Positions 1 to 45,100 of a stretch of DNA of 64,000 nucleotides are shown one piece after another. Positions within the stretch are counted from its first letter, which is position 1; every line of letters begins with the position of its first letter. The stretch lies in NCBI RefSeq assembly GCF_009914755.1, contig NC_060937.1. One strand, written 5' to 3'. Both the position numbers and the translations under genes were made by a program. Below the pieces are notes generated by a model that was given only the letters and a program-made list of their open reading frames with translations, searched no databases and was not told the origin of the DNA. The stretch comes from the human T2T-CHM13v2.0 reference genome, Homo sapiens.

Positions 1-643
1 ATGCTTTATTCATCTTTCTGGAGGTGGAATTTCTTGTAAGTGAGGTATACTGTATGTTTCTTTTATGATTTCATCCTGCAGCTTCACCTTATTTCTGACA
101 TTTATCAAATATAAATCATGGTTTTAAACCAACTTTGTACCCTTTAAAAGAGAGTCCCTCACTTCTGCCTGTACCTAAGAATCATGTGAGATTTTCTTAA
201 AAAACTATATAAATCCCCAGGCTCTACTCCAGACCTATTTGAATTAGAATGTCCAGGGATGGGTTTAGGACATCAGTGTGTTTAAAGACTTCATTGCTTT
301 AGGGTTTCATTTTTAGGATGCGTTTTGAGATGTCTTGAATTCATAGTGAAAGGAGAAGAGTAGTGGAAAAATGCAGATAGCATTCCAGGATTTTTTTTTC
401 CTCCTAGAATTTTAGAGGTGGTATATTAAAACATTTTATAGCCCTAGATTTTGAATAGAGGATTAAGGCTGAAATTTTAATTTGTGAGTTCTCTTTAATG
501 GCCTGTAGAAATTTGCCCTCACCTAAGCTCTAATGTCTGTTCTTGATGAATGAATGCCAGGTTTGAATACACTCTAGTATGCCTTTTATTAATATATATT
601 TGAAGCAATATACTCAAGGGAGTAACTATTAAACGTACTGTGA

Positions 644-814
<171 letters not shown>

Positions 815-1284
815 TAGTTGTATATAATTAGTTTGATAAATGAATGCACCTGTATAATCACCACCCAAACAGGATATGGTACACATTCATTGCCATGGAA
901 AATACTCTCACTCTCTACTCCTATCAATCTCCATAGAAAGCCCCTCTTCTGATTTCTGTCACTACAGATTTGCTTTGCCTCTTCTTGAATTCCATGTAAA
1001 GAGAATCAGACAATATTATTTTTGCATCAATATCTTAAGTAACATTTTTGAGATTCCTCCATTGTGTCATGTGTATCAAGAGTTTATTATTTTTTTATTG
1101 CTGAGTAGTATTCTGTTGCATAAGCATGCTGCAATTTGTTTTCCATTTTCCTGTTGATGGGCATTTGGATTGCTTTGAGGTTTGGTCTCTTGTCAATGAA
1201 GCTCTTGGGAACATTCATGTACAAGCCTTGAAACAAATTATATAAAAATTTTATTAAAATATAATTCACATACCATAAAGTTCA

Positions 1285-1541
<257 letters not shown>

Positions 1542-1722
1542 GTGTACAATTCCATAGATTTTATTATAGTTACAGGGTTCTGCACCAATCACCACTATAT
1601 AATTGCAGAACATTTTCATCACTCCAGAAAGAAACCCCATACCCCTTGGCAGTCACTCCGTATTCCCTGAGCCCTGGCAACCACTGATCTACCTTCTGTC
1701 TCTAGGGATTTGCCTATTCTTG

Positions 1723-2043
<321 letters not shown>

Positions 2044-2520
2044 TGACATTTCGTATAAATGGTGTCATACAGTATGTAGCATTTTGTACCTGGCTTCTTT
2101 CACTTAATACAGTGTTTTCAGTGTCATCCATGTTTTAGCATGGATTAGAACTTCATTCCTTTATATGGCCAAATCATTTCCTTTGTATGGAGAAGTCACT
2201 TTTGTTGTACAAGTCTTTTAGAGGACATATGTTTTGTTCTCCTGGAAGACACCTAGGACTAGAATTGCTGATTCATAGTATAGATGTATATTTAAGAAAC
2301 TGTGAGAAAATTCTCCAAAGTGGTTGTAAAACTTCTGATGAACAGAAGTTCTGATTCTAATTAATCTTAATTAAATTTATTTTATCAATTTTCTTCTTTT
2401 ATATGTTTTGTGCCTCTATAAGAAATTTTTGCCTACCCCACGACCTCAAAGATGCTTTCCTGTTTTTTTCTAGAAGCTTTATAGATTTTATGTTTAGATT
2501 TCTGATCCATTTCTATTATT

Positions 2521-2808
2521 GTTTTGAGACAGGGTCTCTCTCTATCACCCAGGCCAGAGAACAGCGGTGTGATCATGGCTCACTAAAGCCTCGACCTCCT
2601 GGGTTCAAGTGATCCTCCCACCTCAGTCTCCTGAGTAGCTGAGACCACAGATGTGTGCCCCCATGCCCTACTAATTTTAAAACTTTTTTGTAGAGACAGA
2701 GTCTTGCTGTGTTGTCCAGGCTGGTTTCAAACTCCTGGACTCAAGTGATCTTACTTCCTTGGCCTCCCAAAGGGCCGGGATTACAGATGTGAGCCACCAT
2801 GCCTGGCC
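2521..2808 (-). mobile_element. Alu (AluJ-like)
   Basis: Antisense Alu consensus. Confidence 0.88.
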
Positions 2809-3200
2809 TTAATTACCTTTTGTGTGTGGTATGTGGTAGAGCTCAACTTTGATTTTTTCCCCCAGTGTTTATCTAGTTATTCTAGCACTATTTGTTTACA
2901 AAGATTTTCCTTTCCGTATTTAACTTCTTTGGTGCCTCTGCTGAAAACTGTATGTGTGGGCTGTTTCTGGACCCTGTCCTACTAATCTGTCTGTCCTTTT
3001 ACCGATGCCACACTCTCAATTGTTGTTTATACTAAATCCTGAAATTAGATAGCACGAATTCTCTGAATTTTTCTTTTTCTTAAAGATTGTTTTGGCTCTT
3101 CTAGGACCTTGGCTTTTCCATAAAAATTTTAGAATTTGTCCTTTTAATTAGAGTTTGTAAAGATTTTGATGAGGATAGAATCTATAGAATTCATAATTTT

Positions 3201-3489
<289 letters not shown>

Positions 3490-3637
3490 TCATAGTTTAG
3501 TTTTGGAAGAATTGACATCATAACAACATGGACTATATCTTTACTTAATTAGAGCTTTAATTTCAACTTTTTAAAAAAATTTTTTCAGTATGGAGTTTTA
3601 TGTCTTTTATTAAACATTTTTTCTCAATGTGTTCTAT

Positions 3638-4265
3638 TACACTGCTGGTGGGAATGTAAATTAGTACAATCACTATGACAAACAGTATGGAGATTCCTTA
3701 AAGAACTAAAAGTAGATCTACCATTTGATCCAGCAATCCCACTACTGAGTATCTGCCCAAAGGAAAATAAGTCATATGAAAAACACACAGGCACACACGT
3801 TTATAGTGGTACAATTCGCAGTTGCAAAGATGGAGAATCAACCTAAGTGCCCATCAACCAATGAGTGGATAAAGAAAATGTGGTATGTATATTACCACGG
3901 AATACTACTCAGCCATAAAAAGGAATGAAATGATGTCTTTTGCAACAACTTGGGTGGAGCCGGAGGCCGTTATTCTAAGTGAAGTAACTCAGGAATGGAA
4001 AGCCAAATATCATATGTTTTCACTTTAAGTGGGAGCTAAGCTATGCGGATGCAAAGGCATAAGAATGATATAATGGACTTTGGGGACTCCTGAGGGCAGT
4101 CTGGGAGGCGGGTGAGAGATAAAAGACTACATATTGGATTCAGTGTACACTGCTTGGATGATGGGTGCACTAAAATCTCAGAAATCACCACCGAAGAACT
4201 TATTGGTATAACCAAAACCCAGCTGTACCCCAAAAACAATTGAAGTAAAACTTAAAAAAGATATT
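3638..4265 (+). mobile_element. L1 3' end (L1PB-like), 5'-truncated
   Basis: End of ORF2 (gatccagcaatcccactact, ccatcaaccaatgagtggataaagaaa) and 3' UTR aatggactttggggactc. Confidence 0.85.
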
Positions 4266-4837
4266 GCAATAAAAAGGTTTTCCTCAGTGTGTTATACTTT
4301 TTGATGCTATTGTAAATTGATTTTTTTTAAATTTCATTTCTTCATTATTTGCTGGTTGAATACAAAAATACAATTGATTTTCCTATGTAGACCTTGAATC
4401 TTACATCTTTACCAAATCCTTTTAGTTCTAGTAGTTGTTTTGTAATTCCCTTGGATTTTCTGCACAATTGTGTTGTCTCCTAATAGAGACATATTAACTT
4501 TACATTCTTTTAAAAGTGGACTTGACTGTAATTGAAAAGGAAATATAGCATATTGCTGCTTTAGCATGCAGGATGTCATCTAACATGTTGGTATTTATTT
4601 ATTCTGTAGGAAGAGTAACCAATTGTACACTGAAAACCTTGGCAACGGTTGGATAAACAGAATTGTCATAAAACTAGAAGTTATTACAGTTTAGTAGATG
4701 AAACAATGTTGAGATAAGAGAATTACTGCCAATTATTGCTGTGATAATATTGCAGCAACTTGCTCATGAAAAATTCCATTGCAATGATACTTTAGACCTA
4801 AAGAAAATTGTGCTTTATCCTTTCTTCTTAACTATAG

Positions 4838-4934
4838 ATGGGCAGATATTGTTACTGATCTAAACACTCAAAATCCAGAATACCTGGATATCCGGCACTT
4901 AGAGAGGGGACTGCAGTATAGAAAAACAAAGAAG
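4838..4934 (+). CDS. BIVM: BIVM penultimate coding exon
   Basis: Acceptor ctatag|A and donor AAG|gtaaga. Translates [32 protein letters not shown], in phase with the flanking exons. Confidence 0.92.
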
Positions 4935-5766
4935 GTAAGAAGAACACCATTGTGTTTGAAGGCATTTCCCAGCTGACCAAAATGTGGTGTTTTACTTAGC
5001 ACTCTTTAGGTTGCAAATAACAGAAACCTATATTTGATAGAGGAGTGAAAATTATTTTAAGGACACAGGGCTGTCTTTAAAACCCAAGGGCAAGGGGTAT
5101 AACCTGGAGTCATAAAGGAATGGTAGATGGTAGCAGGTATTGGAATGACAGCAAGGGCCAAGTAGCTGGTAGTCTGCTTCACTCTTTTGGGGGCTATATA
5201 TTGTTCTTAGCTTTCCTTTTGTCTGATTACTTTCTTCGTAAGATCATCATCTTTCCATTTATGTGTCTTTTTTAGATGAACAGTCTAGACTGAGACTGAC
5301 CTGTCTTGGGTTCAGTTCCATAGTCTTAGCCCAGCTTGGGCCAGATTAACTGTGGCCTTGTGGCAGAGTCATGTGTACAAACAAGGCTTTGGGAGAGGCT
5401 CTCAGGAAATGATATCTTATTGATGCAATCTTACTCATATAACTATATGAAGAATAGGAGAGAGAGGAAAAGGAATGATCTTGGTGTTTGAATTAGGCAG
5501 ATGGGGAAGTTCTCTAGTATGTGTTGGGAGTGAGTAGTAGAGAGGCATGGGGAGGAAGGTGTTTTGGCTCCGGTGGGCATTGTTATATTTTGTAAAGGCA
5601 GCTGTTAGAAAAGGTGCAGGATGAGGTGCTCTGATGATGCCTGGAAGGAAAGTACCATTCTGAGGCCGGTGAAGTAAAAAAAGAAAGAAGGGAGTTCATA
5701 GGGACCTACAAATTAGTACAATTAATTTCCCTTTATTTTCTTCAGCCAACATTTTTTTCTTCTCAG

Positions 5767-6060
5767 GTTGGGGGAAATTTGCATTGCATCATAGCATTCC
5801 AGAGACTTAACTGGCAAAGATTTGGCCTTTGGAACTTTCCATTTGGAACCATTAGACAAGAATCACAACCTCCAACACATGCCCAGGGAATTGCCAAATC
5901 TGAGAGTGAAGACAATATTTCCAAGAAGCAGCATGGGCGTCTGGGCCGGTCTTTCAGTGCTAGTTTCCATCAGGACTCGGCATGGAAAAAGATGTCTAGT
6001 ATCCATGAGAGAAGGAACAGTGGTTACCAGGGTTACAGTGATTACGATGGGAATGATTGA
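5767..6060 (+). CDS. BIVM: BIVM terminal coding exon (C-terminus ...[12 protein letters not shown])
   Basis: Polypyrimidine tract and ctcag|G acceptor. Reads [20 protein letters not shown]... to TGA at 6058-6060 (ORF 5779..6060); recognised as the BIVM C-terminus. Confidence 0.92.
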   Translation, partial: VGGNLHCIIAFQRLNWQRFGLWNFPFGTIRQESQPPTHAQGIAKSESEDNISKKQHGRLGRSFSASFHQDSAWKKMSSIHERRNSGYQGYSDYDGND

Positions 6061-6668
6061 CTATGCTTGCTACTGAACAGCTGGCATTATATATGAAACT
6101 GCTATATACAGGACTGTATAAAGACAGTAGAAGATTTTAGTAAGCCTACATTAAATAGGAGCAGATCTTGTGGTATAAAAAATAACCTTGTAGTTCTCCA
6201 GATACTAAGCTTGTATATGATTATGGTGGGTGATTTCAGATATATAAGCAGATAAGCACAGATTATTGTCCTTTCAAGTTAAGAGTATATAATCTGGACA
6301 GAAAATTTCACAAAATTCAATAAAATTACAACTGTTGTCTAAATAAGTGAAACACAAATTCACTTAATAGCATCAAGATTTGAAATACTTAAGCATGAAG
6401 TGACTTTTATAATGACTCGATCCCTAGACATTTGTTACAGATAGTTTTATGCCTAAGACCAAGATGTAAAGTACCATCTGCCCTTAAAAAAAAATTGGGG
6501 CTGTCAATTTCTAGTTTTCACTCATGGTTAACACGCATTTAAAATTATTTCATGAGTCTAGTAGTTCTTTGATTTATAGCAGGATCTTGCTTGCCTCATT
6601 TGTTTCCTGGTTATGTTCTTAGGATTCTGACTAAGAGGCAAAAGAGAAAAGACTCAAGAAACTGATCC

Positions 6669-6983
<315 letters not shown>

Positions 6984-7703
6984 TCAAATATTGACAAGAA
7001 CCTTAGGTCTCGAAAGACTTTTATAGGTCTAGATGACGTTTGCCTTAGGGGTAAAGTAAAAGAACAATTGGCACCTTAAGTTTCTATACCCAAGGTTATC
7101 TGTGAAATGAGATCTCCTGATATTTGATTGCTTTCTCAGTATGGAGTCATATGTTGATAACAGTACTGAAGATGCATAAGAAATGCCCAAGTCACTCAGA
7201 GGACAACTACCCATATTCCAGACTCTGAGCTGTTTCCTTTTTAAAAATCATATAGACAATTAGCTGTTTGAAGTGAGTATTAAATATTTCAGAAGTGTGA
7301 ATTTCATGTATTTGAGCTCCTCTAGTTGCTGTCGGTTTTTCTTCTGCTGCCAACCTGTGACTCACAAATGACTAGGATCTCTTGTTCTTTAATTTTAGGG
7401 TCTTGTTCCAGGACTCAAATCAGTAACTTGGTGATTACAAGGTGCTGAATGTGTTGGTAACCATATCGCAATACACCTCAAGGAAAAGGTTCAGATTTTT
7501 ATTTTTAAAATATTTTCATTTTTTTCTTGAATTTTATATCCGTTTGTTCACTCGTACATGCCTAGCCTACAGAAGGGGATATATATTATGAAATGGTCAT
7601 TTTTCTGAAGAGAATATTTTGCTTGAAATGCAAAGGACTGAAAGAGATTTGTAGGTTGTTGATTTTGTTAGTTCATACTGGAACTTTTAAAAAGATTTCA
7701 TCA

Positions 7704-7709
7704 AATAAA
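7704..7709 (+). terminator. BIVM: Probable distal BIVM polyadenylation signal AATAAA (a proximal candidate lies at 6319-6324)
   Basis: AATAAA followed by U/GU-rich sequence, about 1.65 kb after the stop codon. Confidence 0.55.
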
Positions 7710-8647
7710 GTTTTGTTTTCTACTTTTAATTATATGAATGTTTTTAAACCTTTGTTTTAGGTAGAAGGTACCATTGTGTCTTTGAAGTACATGATAATTT
7801 GTCAATTCTGCTCAACTGGTACATTGTAAGAAACCATCTTGAGCCTTTTATAATTAATGAAACAATATGCATTATGATGACTGTAATTTTAGATTTCTAA
7901 TTTAATAGGAAATAGAAAATTTGATTCTTTTATTAGCTTGAACCAAATGAAGTTGTCATCTTTGTAGGTCAAAAATGGTTGAATATTAGCAATTTCATAC
8001 AGTTCAACTGAATATTTCAGAGAAGACGTAGGTAGGAAGAACCAAGAGGAAAGGAGAAAAATGCAAAATAAAATAAGAAATTAAAGGATAGGGAGACACC
8101 TAGAAAAACAGGATGAGTTATTCAGACTATTGACCATAATCAATTTTTATAAAAGTCTTGATCTGTTCTAAGTTTGGCTTCCAAGTTTGGCTTTCCAGTT
8201 ATTAAGAGCACAATGAGGTTTGAGTTTAGTGAGATTATCTTTCCCGCAGAAGCTGTAAGCAAGAGTTACTGCATACTTCTCTTAGAAGATTAGTAAAATT
8301 CCCTTGATATTTGATTTCTTGGTCAGCTCTTAGGAATCCTATAGATACAGTGAAAGTTCAAATACTGGCTCTGCACTTACAAGCTATATCACCTATAGTG
8401 ATATAGGCAAGTTAAGGTTAATTTTTTTTCTGTGCCTATTTCCTCATTAGTAAAGTGGGGGTAATAGTATCTACTTTATAAATGAATTTCAAGAATAAGC
8501 TAATACATGTAGTGTTTAGAACAGTGCTTTGTAGATAGGAAGTGCTATTTAAGAGCTTGCTATTATTCCAAAAGATGTGAATTTTACTATTCAGAGTCTT
8601 TAGAGAGAGCCCTTTAGATAGCATCTTAAGGAGCTAATTCCTTTTAA

Positions 8648-9007
<360 letters not shown>

Positions 9008-9445
9008 TAAAAGTACTTACAATACTCAAATGCCTATGTTGGCTATTTATTTTTACCCAGCTCACAGGCAGAAAAAAAAAAGTTTATTTAGATCAAATTC
9101 TGCAGCAATTCCTTTCCCTACTGCTATTACTGTTAAAGAACTGTGTGCCATCATTAGGCCAAGTTGGTGCAGCACCCAAAATACTTGCCAACTTGTCTTC
9201 TCCCAGACTGGAGGGGCTCAGGCAGCTCTTCTAGGATCCATCACATTCTGCATCTCAACTTTACCAATAACACTCCCACCCCTCCTGTACCAGCGATTCA
9301 CTCAACAAACTAAATTATACACCATTACCAGGTCAGTTCTTAAATAGCTCAGCAGCAACAAGAACAACAAGATGTTGGTCGCATTCTAATTTTACTGGCA
9401 GAAACTGAGGGTTTCATTGGTGAAGAAACCTGCCTAGGATCACAG

Positions 9446-9835
9446 TGTCTTAGTTTCTCAGGGCTACCATAACAAAACACCACAGACAGGGTGGCGTAAA
9501 CAACAGAAATTTGTTTTCTCATGGTTCTGGAAACTAGAAGTCCAGGAGCAGGCAGGTTTGGTTTCTTCTGAGGCCTGTCTCCTTCACCTGCAGAGGGCCG
9601 CCTTCTCACTGTGTCCTCACAAGGCCTTTCCTCTGTGCCTATCATCCCTGGAGTCTCTCCCTGTGGCCCAATTTCCTCTTTCTACAAAGACACCAGTCAA
9701 ATTGGATTTAGGGCCTATCCTAATGGCCTCGTTTCAATTTAATCATTTTTAAACGCTGTGTCTTCAGATAGTCACATTCTGAGGTACTCAGGCTTCCACA
9801 GATGAATTTTGGAGGACACAATTCAGACCATAACA
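9446..9835 (-). mobile_element. MaLR solo LTR (MLT1A/B-like)
   Basis: Termini tgtcttagt...ccataaca and the typical core ataacaaaacaccacagac...aacaacagaaattt. Confidence 0.8.
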
Positions 9836-10267
9836 CAAGGCAACATATGGTTCAGATGAGATCTGAATGAATGATCAGCCTAACCTCCAAGCAGATTCTT
9901 TCAGCAGACTGCAAGGTGCACTGGAGAGCTTTAGACTAGAGGCTTAAGAGGTCATTTAGGCAATATTTACAGAACTGCTAAGTGCCAGGATTGGGGGATG
10001 TAGCAGTCACGAAAATCGTTCTTCGTTTCAGTAAGTTTACAGTTTACCATGGGGAAGAGACAAATACTGAACAGGCAGTTATATTACTCTCAGTAAAATA
10101 ACAACTGGGAACAGTTTCTGGGGATTACTTTACATATGGAGGAAATGCAAAAAACACTTTGTCAGGATTATTCCTGTAGCAAATTAGATGTGACTAGGTC
10201 AACCAAACATGGCCACTGTGAACCATCTTATTGAGCATAGAAGTGGTTTTGCTAAAAATGGATTTCT

Positions 10268-10560
10268 CCACGGAGCACGGTGGCTCATGTCTGTAACTCC
10301 AGCACTTTGGGAGACTGAGGCAGGAGGATTGTTTGAGACCAGTTTGGGCAACAAAGCAAGACCCTGTCTCAAAAAAAAAAAAATCAGGGCGTGGTGGTGG
10401 GGGCCTGTAATCTCAACTACTCGGGAGGCTGAGGCAAGAGCATCACTTGAGCCTGAGAGGTGGAAGTTGCAGTAAGCTGAGACTGCACTACTGCACTCTA
10501 GCCTGGGCGACAGAGTGAGACCCTGTCAAAAAAATAAAAAATAAAAAAATAAAAAAAATC
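10268..10560 (+). mobile_element. Alu
   Basis: Alu consensus with A-rich tail. Confidence 0.88.
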
Positions 10561-10989
10561 AATTTCCCGTATACTTCTGTTATAAAGAAGTCTTTAAAAA
10601 ATTGCCTGCTCCCTTAAGTCAGCCTTTTCACTGAGTTTAAATTTCGTTCCAATTTGAACAAATATGGATGCTAATACTATCCTTTATAGTTACTAGTGCT
10701 AAGTGCGTTGCATGTAACACCTTGAATACTTACTGAAGTCTGCAAGGTTGGTTTTATGCCCTGATTACTGATGGAGACACAAATTCTGAACAACTGTGAC
10801 TTCAGGGATGCTAAACACCATAGTGAGGCACGATGCGGGGATTTGAATCTTGGCCTGAGGGTTCCAGAGCTGTGGCCTTTTCTGGGGTTACTCTGTTAAT
10901 TGATTTCTAGTCCTTTCTGATCTACAAGCCGCGGCATTATAACTTTTAGATGCTGAAGAAAACTAAACTATATGTCAAGGATTAAGGCT

Positions 10990-11424
10990 TGTGAACCCCC
11001 AAAATTTGGGACAGGTCTCAGTTAATTTAGAAAGTTTATTTTGCCAACGTTAAGGACGCGCAGCTGTGACACAGCCCCAGGAAGTCCAGATGACATGTGC
11101 CCAAGGTGGTTGGGGCACAGATTGGTTTTATACATTTTAGGGAGACAGGAGACATCAATCAACATATGTAAGTACACTGGTTCCTTCCAGAAAGGTGGGG
11201 ACAACTCGGAAGCAGGAAGGGCTTCTAGGTCACAGGTAGATGAGAGACAAAAGGCTACATACGAGTTTCTGATAAGCCTTTCCAAAGGAGACAATCAGAA
11301 TATGCATCTATCTCAGTGAGCAGAAGGATGACTGACTAGAATGGGAGGCAGGTTTTGCCCTGAGCAGTTCCCAGCTTGACTTTTCCCTTTTGCTTAGTAA
11401 TTTTGGGACCCTAACATTTTCACA
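10990..11424 (-). mobile_element. ERV1 solo LTR (MER4A-like) with 4-bp TSD GGCT
   Basis: TG...CA termini flanked by ggct at 10986-10989 and 11425-11428. The reverse complement reads gggaaaagtcaagctgggaactgctcagggcaaaacctgcctccc. Confidence 0.82.
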
Positions 11425-11608
11425 GGCTTTAAATTTTATTATTCTTTAGTTACTACGTGCTAGCATATAAATAAATAGTACAAAACCAAGAAGGCATCCA
11501 CCTTTTGGTTGTCTCTTCACGTGTAAAACAACACTTTGTGTTAAGTATCTTCACACACGGCGGCGCAAAGGTAGAAACCGATACTAAAAAAGCGTGTAGA
11601 AAATAGCT

Positions 11609-11822
11609 CCCAGCCTGGGCAACACAGGGAGACCTCATTTCTACAAAAATAATTCGCCAAGCATAGTGGTGCGCACCTGCGGTCCCAGCTACTTGAGAGG
11701 CTGAGATGGGAAAGTTGCTTGAGCTCGGGCAGCAGGAGTTCCAGGCTGCAGTGAGCTAAGAATGCGCCACTGGACTCCAGTATGGGCGACAGCGTGAGAC
11801 CCTGTCTCAAACAAAAACAAAA
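11609..11822 (+). mobile_element. 5'-truncated Alu (AluJ-like) next to the ERCC5 promoter
   Basis: cagcctgggcaacac...gtgagaccctgtctcaaa. Confidence 0.85.
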
Positions 11823-12285
11823 GCCCGTTACTCCACCAAGAAGGCGCTTTTGCACATTGTTTTAATGCTTAACGCCTTCAGGATGCCAGCGTGACGGAAG
11901 CAAGTAACCACCAAGGCATCACCACTGGCGCTAAACTTCTCACTTCCGGAGTGCTGCAAGCGCAGAAAATATACGTCATGTGCGGAGGCGGAGCTTCCGC
12001 CCTGCGCGTCGTATTAGACGGAAACCGAGCGGGCCCATTTTTCGTGGGTTTGCGGACCCACCAGCGAAGGCGGGAGGTGTCGCAGGGACATCTTCTGGCT
12101 GTTTCCGTCGCCTGCGTGGCCCTTGCACCCCGGTCTTCCATTAGCGGCGCAGACGTTTGGGCCTAAGCGCTGGGCGAGGCGAGGCCCTGCCCCTCCCCGC
12201 CAACGGCCATTCTCTGGACCCGTCTTTCTTCCGGGAGGCGGTGACAGCTGCTGAGACGTGTTGCAGCCAGAGTCTCTCCGCTTTA

Positions 12286-12300
12286 ATGCGCTCCCATTAG
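12286..12300 (+). other. Short upstream ORF (MRSH*) in the ERCC5 5' UTR
   Basis: ATG CGC TCC CAT TAG, starting 177 nt upstream of the main ATG. Confidence 0.7.
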
Positions 12301-12462
12301 TGCCGTCCCCCACTGGAAAACCGTGGCTTCTGTATTATTTGCCATCTTTGTTGTGTAGGAGCAGGGAGGGCTTCCTCCCGGGGTCCTAGGCGGCGGTGCA
12401 GTCCGTCGTAGAAGAATTAGAGTAGAAGTTGTCGGGGTCCGCTCTTAGGACGCAGCCGCCTC

Positions 12463-42111
<29,649 letters not shown>

Positions 42112-42178
42112 TTAAAAAATATGTATCCTCTATAATTAGTTATGACAGCCATTTGTAATGAATTTGTCGCAAAGACGT

Positions 42179-42184
42179 AATAAA
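42179..42184 (+). terminator. ERCC5: ERCC5 polyadenylation signal
   Basis: AATAAA about 68 nt after the stop, followed by a GU-rich tract (tttgtatttagtgtgtgg). Confidence 0.8.
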
Positions 42185-45100
42185 ATTAACTGGTAGCACG
42201 GTCTTTGTATTTAGTGTGTGGTTCCTAAAAACAAATGCTAAATCTGACATTTGTTTTTTAATGTTTTACTTTTCTAGTATTTTTTAGCTGAATATTTCAA
42301 GTATCATTGGATATTATCTTGTATTCACAGGCTTTGTCTTTTCATGTTTTCATTATCTTAACAATGTCTGATCCTTCCTGGTCACATGTTAAAAAAGCGA
42401 AAAAGATTTCTATTGATCAGCACTCACTCTCAATAGGCTTTCCCTCTGACATTCAGACGTAGCTGAGAAGAAATACGTGCATGTTTCTAATTCCACAATA
42501 GTGGCAGTTTTACACAACTGTTTAGCCCTGCTGCCCACGGCTTTGCATTTTCCCTCAGGTTCCACTTAAAAGCATAGCAGGAGGGAGCCTCACTGCTGGA
42601 ACATATTTCAATATGTTTGCTGTGGTTTTAGCAAACAATTAGGAAACCTAAATGGGGTGCATCATTCTACCTGTGAACATTAAGTGTATGGGAACCTCTG
42701 TACCGTTATGTTTGGCTTTTAAACCAGACTTCACTTATTAGAAGCTGACTTCTGTGTAAATGGATTTGGAGGCTGGGGGCTGGAGTTGAACTGGTGTAGG
42801 TGGGTCAGCTTTAGGAGTGGCCTGCAGGGGATGATTGTTGTTGACACAGTGTTTGTTCAGAGTGGACAAAGAAGGTTATTTTAAGACTGCTCCTGTGGAG
42901 ACGTCTCCCAAGAACAACCCCCAAGCTCCTATTTGCTTCGAGTTAAGAATGATTGGAGGAGAGTACTACCAATTACTTTGAGCGTGGGTCCTCTGCCTTC
43001 AGAGCTACCTTCCCAAGTCTGTGTCCTTTTGGCATCTTTAGTATTTCCATCTTTCCTGACTTTTTCCTTCAGCCTTCAAATTGAAAATCTTCACCAATGA
43101 AAACAAAATCCAAATAGATAATCTCCAGCAGTCTTTGAACGGCTCCTAGATGTGTTGTTTTTTAGGCTCTCATTTATATTGACTTGGCCAGCCAAACTTC
43201 TCCAGTACTTGGACTACAGCAGCTGCTTTTCTTTGCACACTATTTTTTCCTAATTTCAAATATGTCTTCTGCATCCATCATTCTTCTCTAGCAGCTCCTT
43301 CTAAAGTCAACAATGATTTCCACATAAACTCAAATCTTTTCTTCATGCTTCTTTTCTCTGGAGGTACTTGGAGCAGAACATTTTTGGAGGCAAGGGGAGG
43401 GGAAAATTAACTTTTTCGTGTTTTTCTCATTTCTCAGAATTACTTGTCACTGGGAGTTTTCTGCATATATATTTGCAGGTAGAATAATTGTCTTGCTAAC
43501 AAATTTAATTTGATGCCTTTAATAGATATTTACATTTGTTTTTCACTGCGTTAGCTTTGGGAAAGGATAAGCTACTGTAACAAAAGATGCTCATATACAG
43601 TGGTCTGAATAAGCTAGAACATTACTTCTCTCTTACTCAACAGTCTGGCCAGTCTGAGCTGGTGAAGCAGTTGTGCACCATGAGGTCATGCAGTCCTGTG
43701 TTCAGCCAACCCCTAGGGTGCTATCTTGCCTGAGTGGTCTATACTGGGTGATTACTTCATCTGCATTGCATCCTGCCAGAAGGGGAAAGAACCAAAGTCC
43801 AGGGCAAGCAGAAGGGGAAATGGATGGTCAGGACCATGAGAAACCTGTTCTGTAACACTATTTATATGAGAGTTTGATATTGTATCTTCTTTTTCTCTTA
43901 ACCCTGTGACCAAGACATAATGCTTTTACAAGGGGAGAAACACGTTTAGAGACATTAACCAGTTTTGCCAAATTCACCCATGTAGTAGGTAAAACTTCTC
44001 ACCTGAACCAAAATCTTCTAACTCAAAATTCCAGGGTGCTATTTTACCTATGAAAGAGGTTGCCTGTTTAAAATAATCAGCAGCTGAACAAATTCTTTAT
44101 TATTCACATCAAGTTGGTGTACCTAGAGCTTATTTAGGATGATGACCATCATACGCCTTTTCGATTATCTTCCAGCTCATTAATATTTTGTTTAGCTTTA
44201 TCTATACTTGCTGTTAAACCCATATATTGAGTATTTTATTTCATTGATTGTTATTTTTCAGTTTTATTTGACTCTTTTTTTTTTTCAATTTGACTCATTT
44301 TTATAGATTCCAGTTCCCTGGTGTACTTCTTGTCATCTGTTTTTGAGTATCTTAATCACAGTTACTTTAAAGTCTGTCGAATAACTCCAATATCTAAGTC
44401 ACCTATGAGTTTATTTCTATTGTCTGTTTCTTGGTATGCATGGGTAAATTTTAACTGAATGTTGGACAGTCTATGGGAAAAATTATAGGTACCCTGTACC
44501 TTCCTCTAGAGAGGATTCCAGAATGTATTTGGACAGGCAGCAGAGGGGAAGATCACCTCAGTGCAGCCAGCGAGGACAAAGTAGATTGAAGGCTAGTTTG
44601 CAGTTTTTTCTGTAAGACTCCAGCTTCTAGTTTCACCCGTATTCCAGGAAAGTCACTTTCCAGGAGTGCCCTGATGTTTCTTCTTTTGCGCTTGGATCTG
44701 CTTTTGCCACTGAATGCTTCAAAAATTAGCCTCTTGCCCTAAACAGCTTAATCAGTCAATTCTTCGACTGAATAGTCAGCACTAAGCGTCAGGCTTCTCT
44801 CTCCCTTTTTTCTGGGATCTTGGGCCCACAAATCTGACTGTCTTGGCAGCCACACTCTTCTTTTGTCTCCACAGTTCTGTGAGATTGCCTGATGCTCCGC
44901 TGCTATCCTTACATGCGGTCTTCTCTTTGGCTTCCTCAGGAAACAGCAATGCCTGGAATTCTTGGCTGCCTTGACAGCTCTCTGATACTTTATAACAGAG
45001 GCATGTTTGTGTGGGGTGTGTGTGTGTGTTTAAAAATCTATTTTTCTCATTGTTAATAGAAGCTGAGGTTTGCTATAAGCTACTTACAGCTGGAGGCAGA

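Noticed and set aside
11088-11110. p53-like CATG core inside the ERV1 LTR
   Set aside because: Does not give two adequate RRRCWWGYYY half-sites.
42123-42130. U12-donor-like GTATCCTC just after the ERCC5 stop (another near 45273)
   Set aside because: I found no matching downstream U12 branch point or acceptor; METTL21EP acceptors look U2 type; probably chance.
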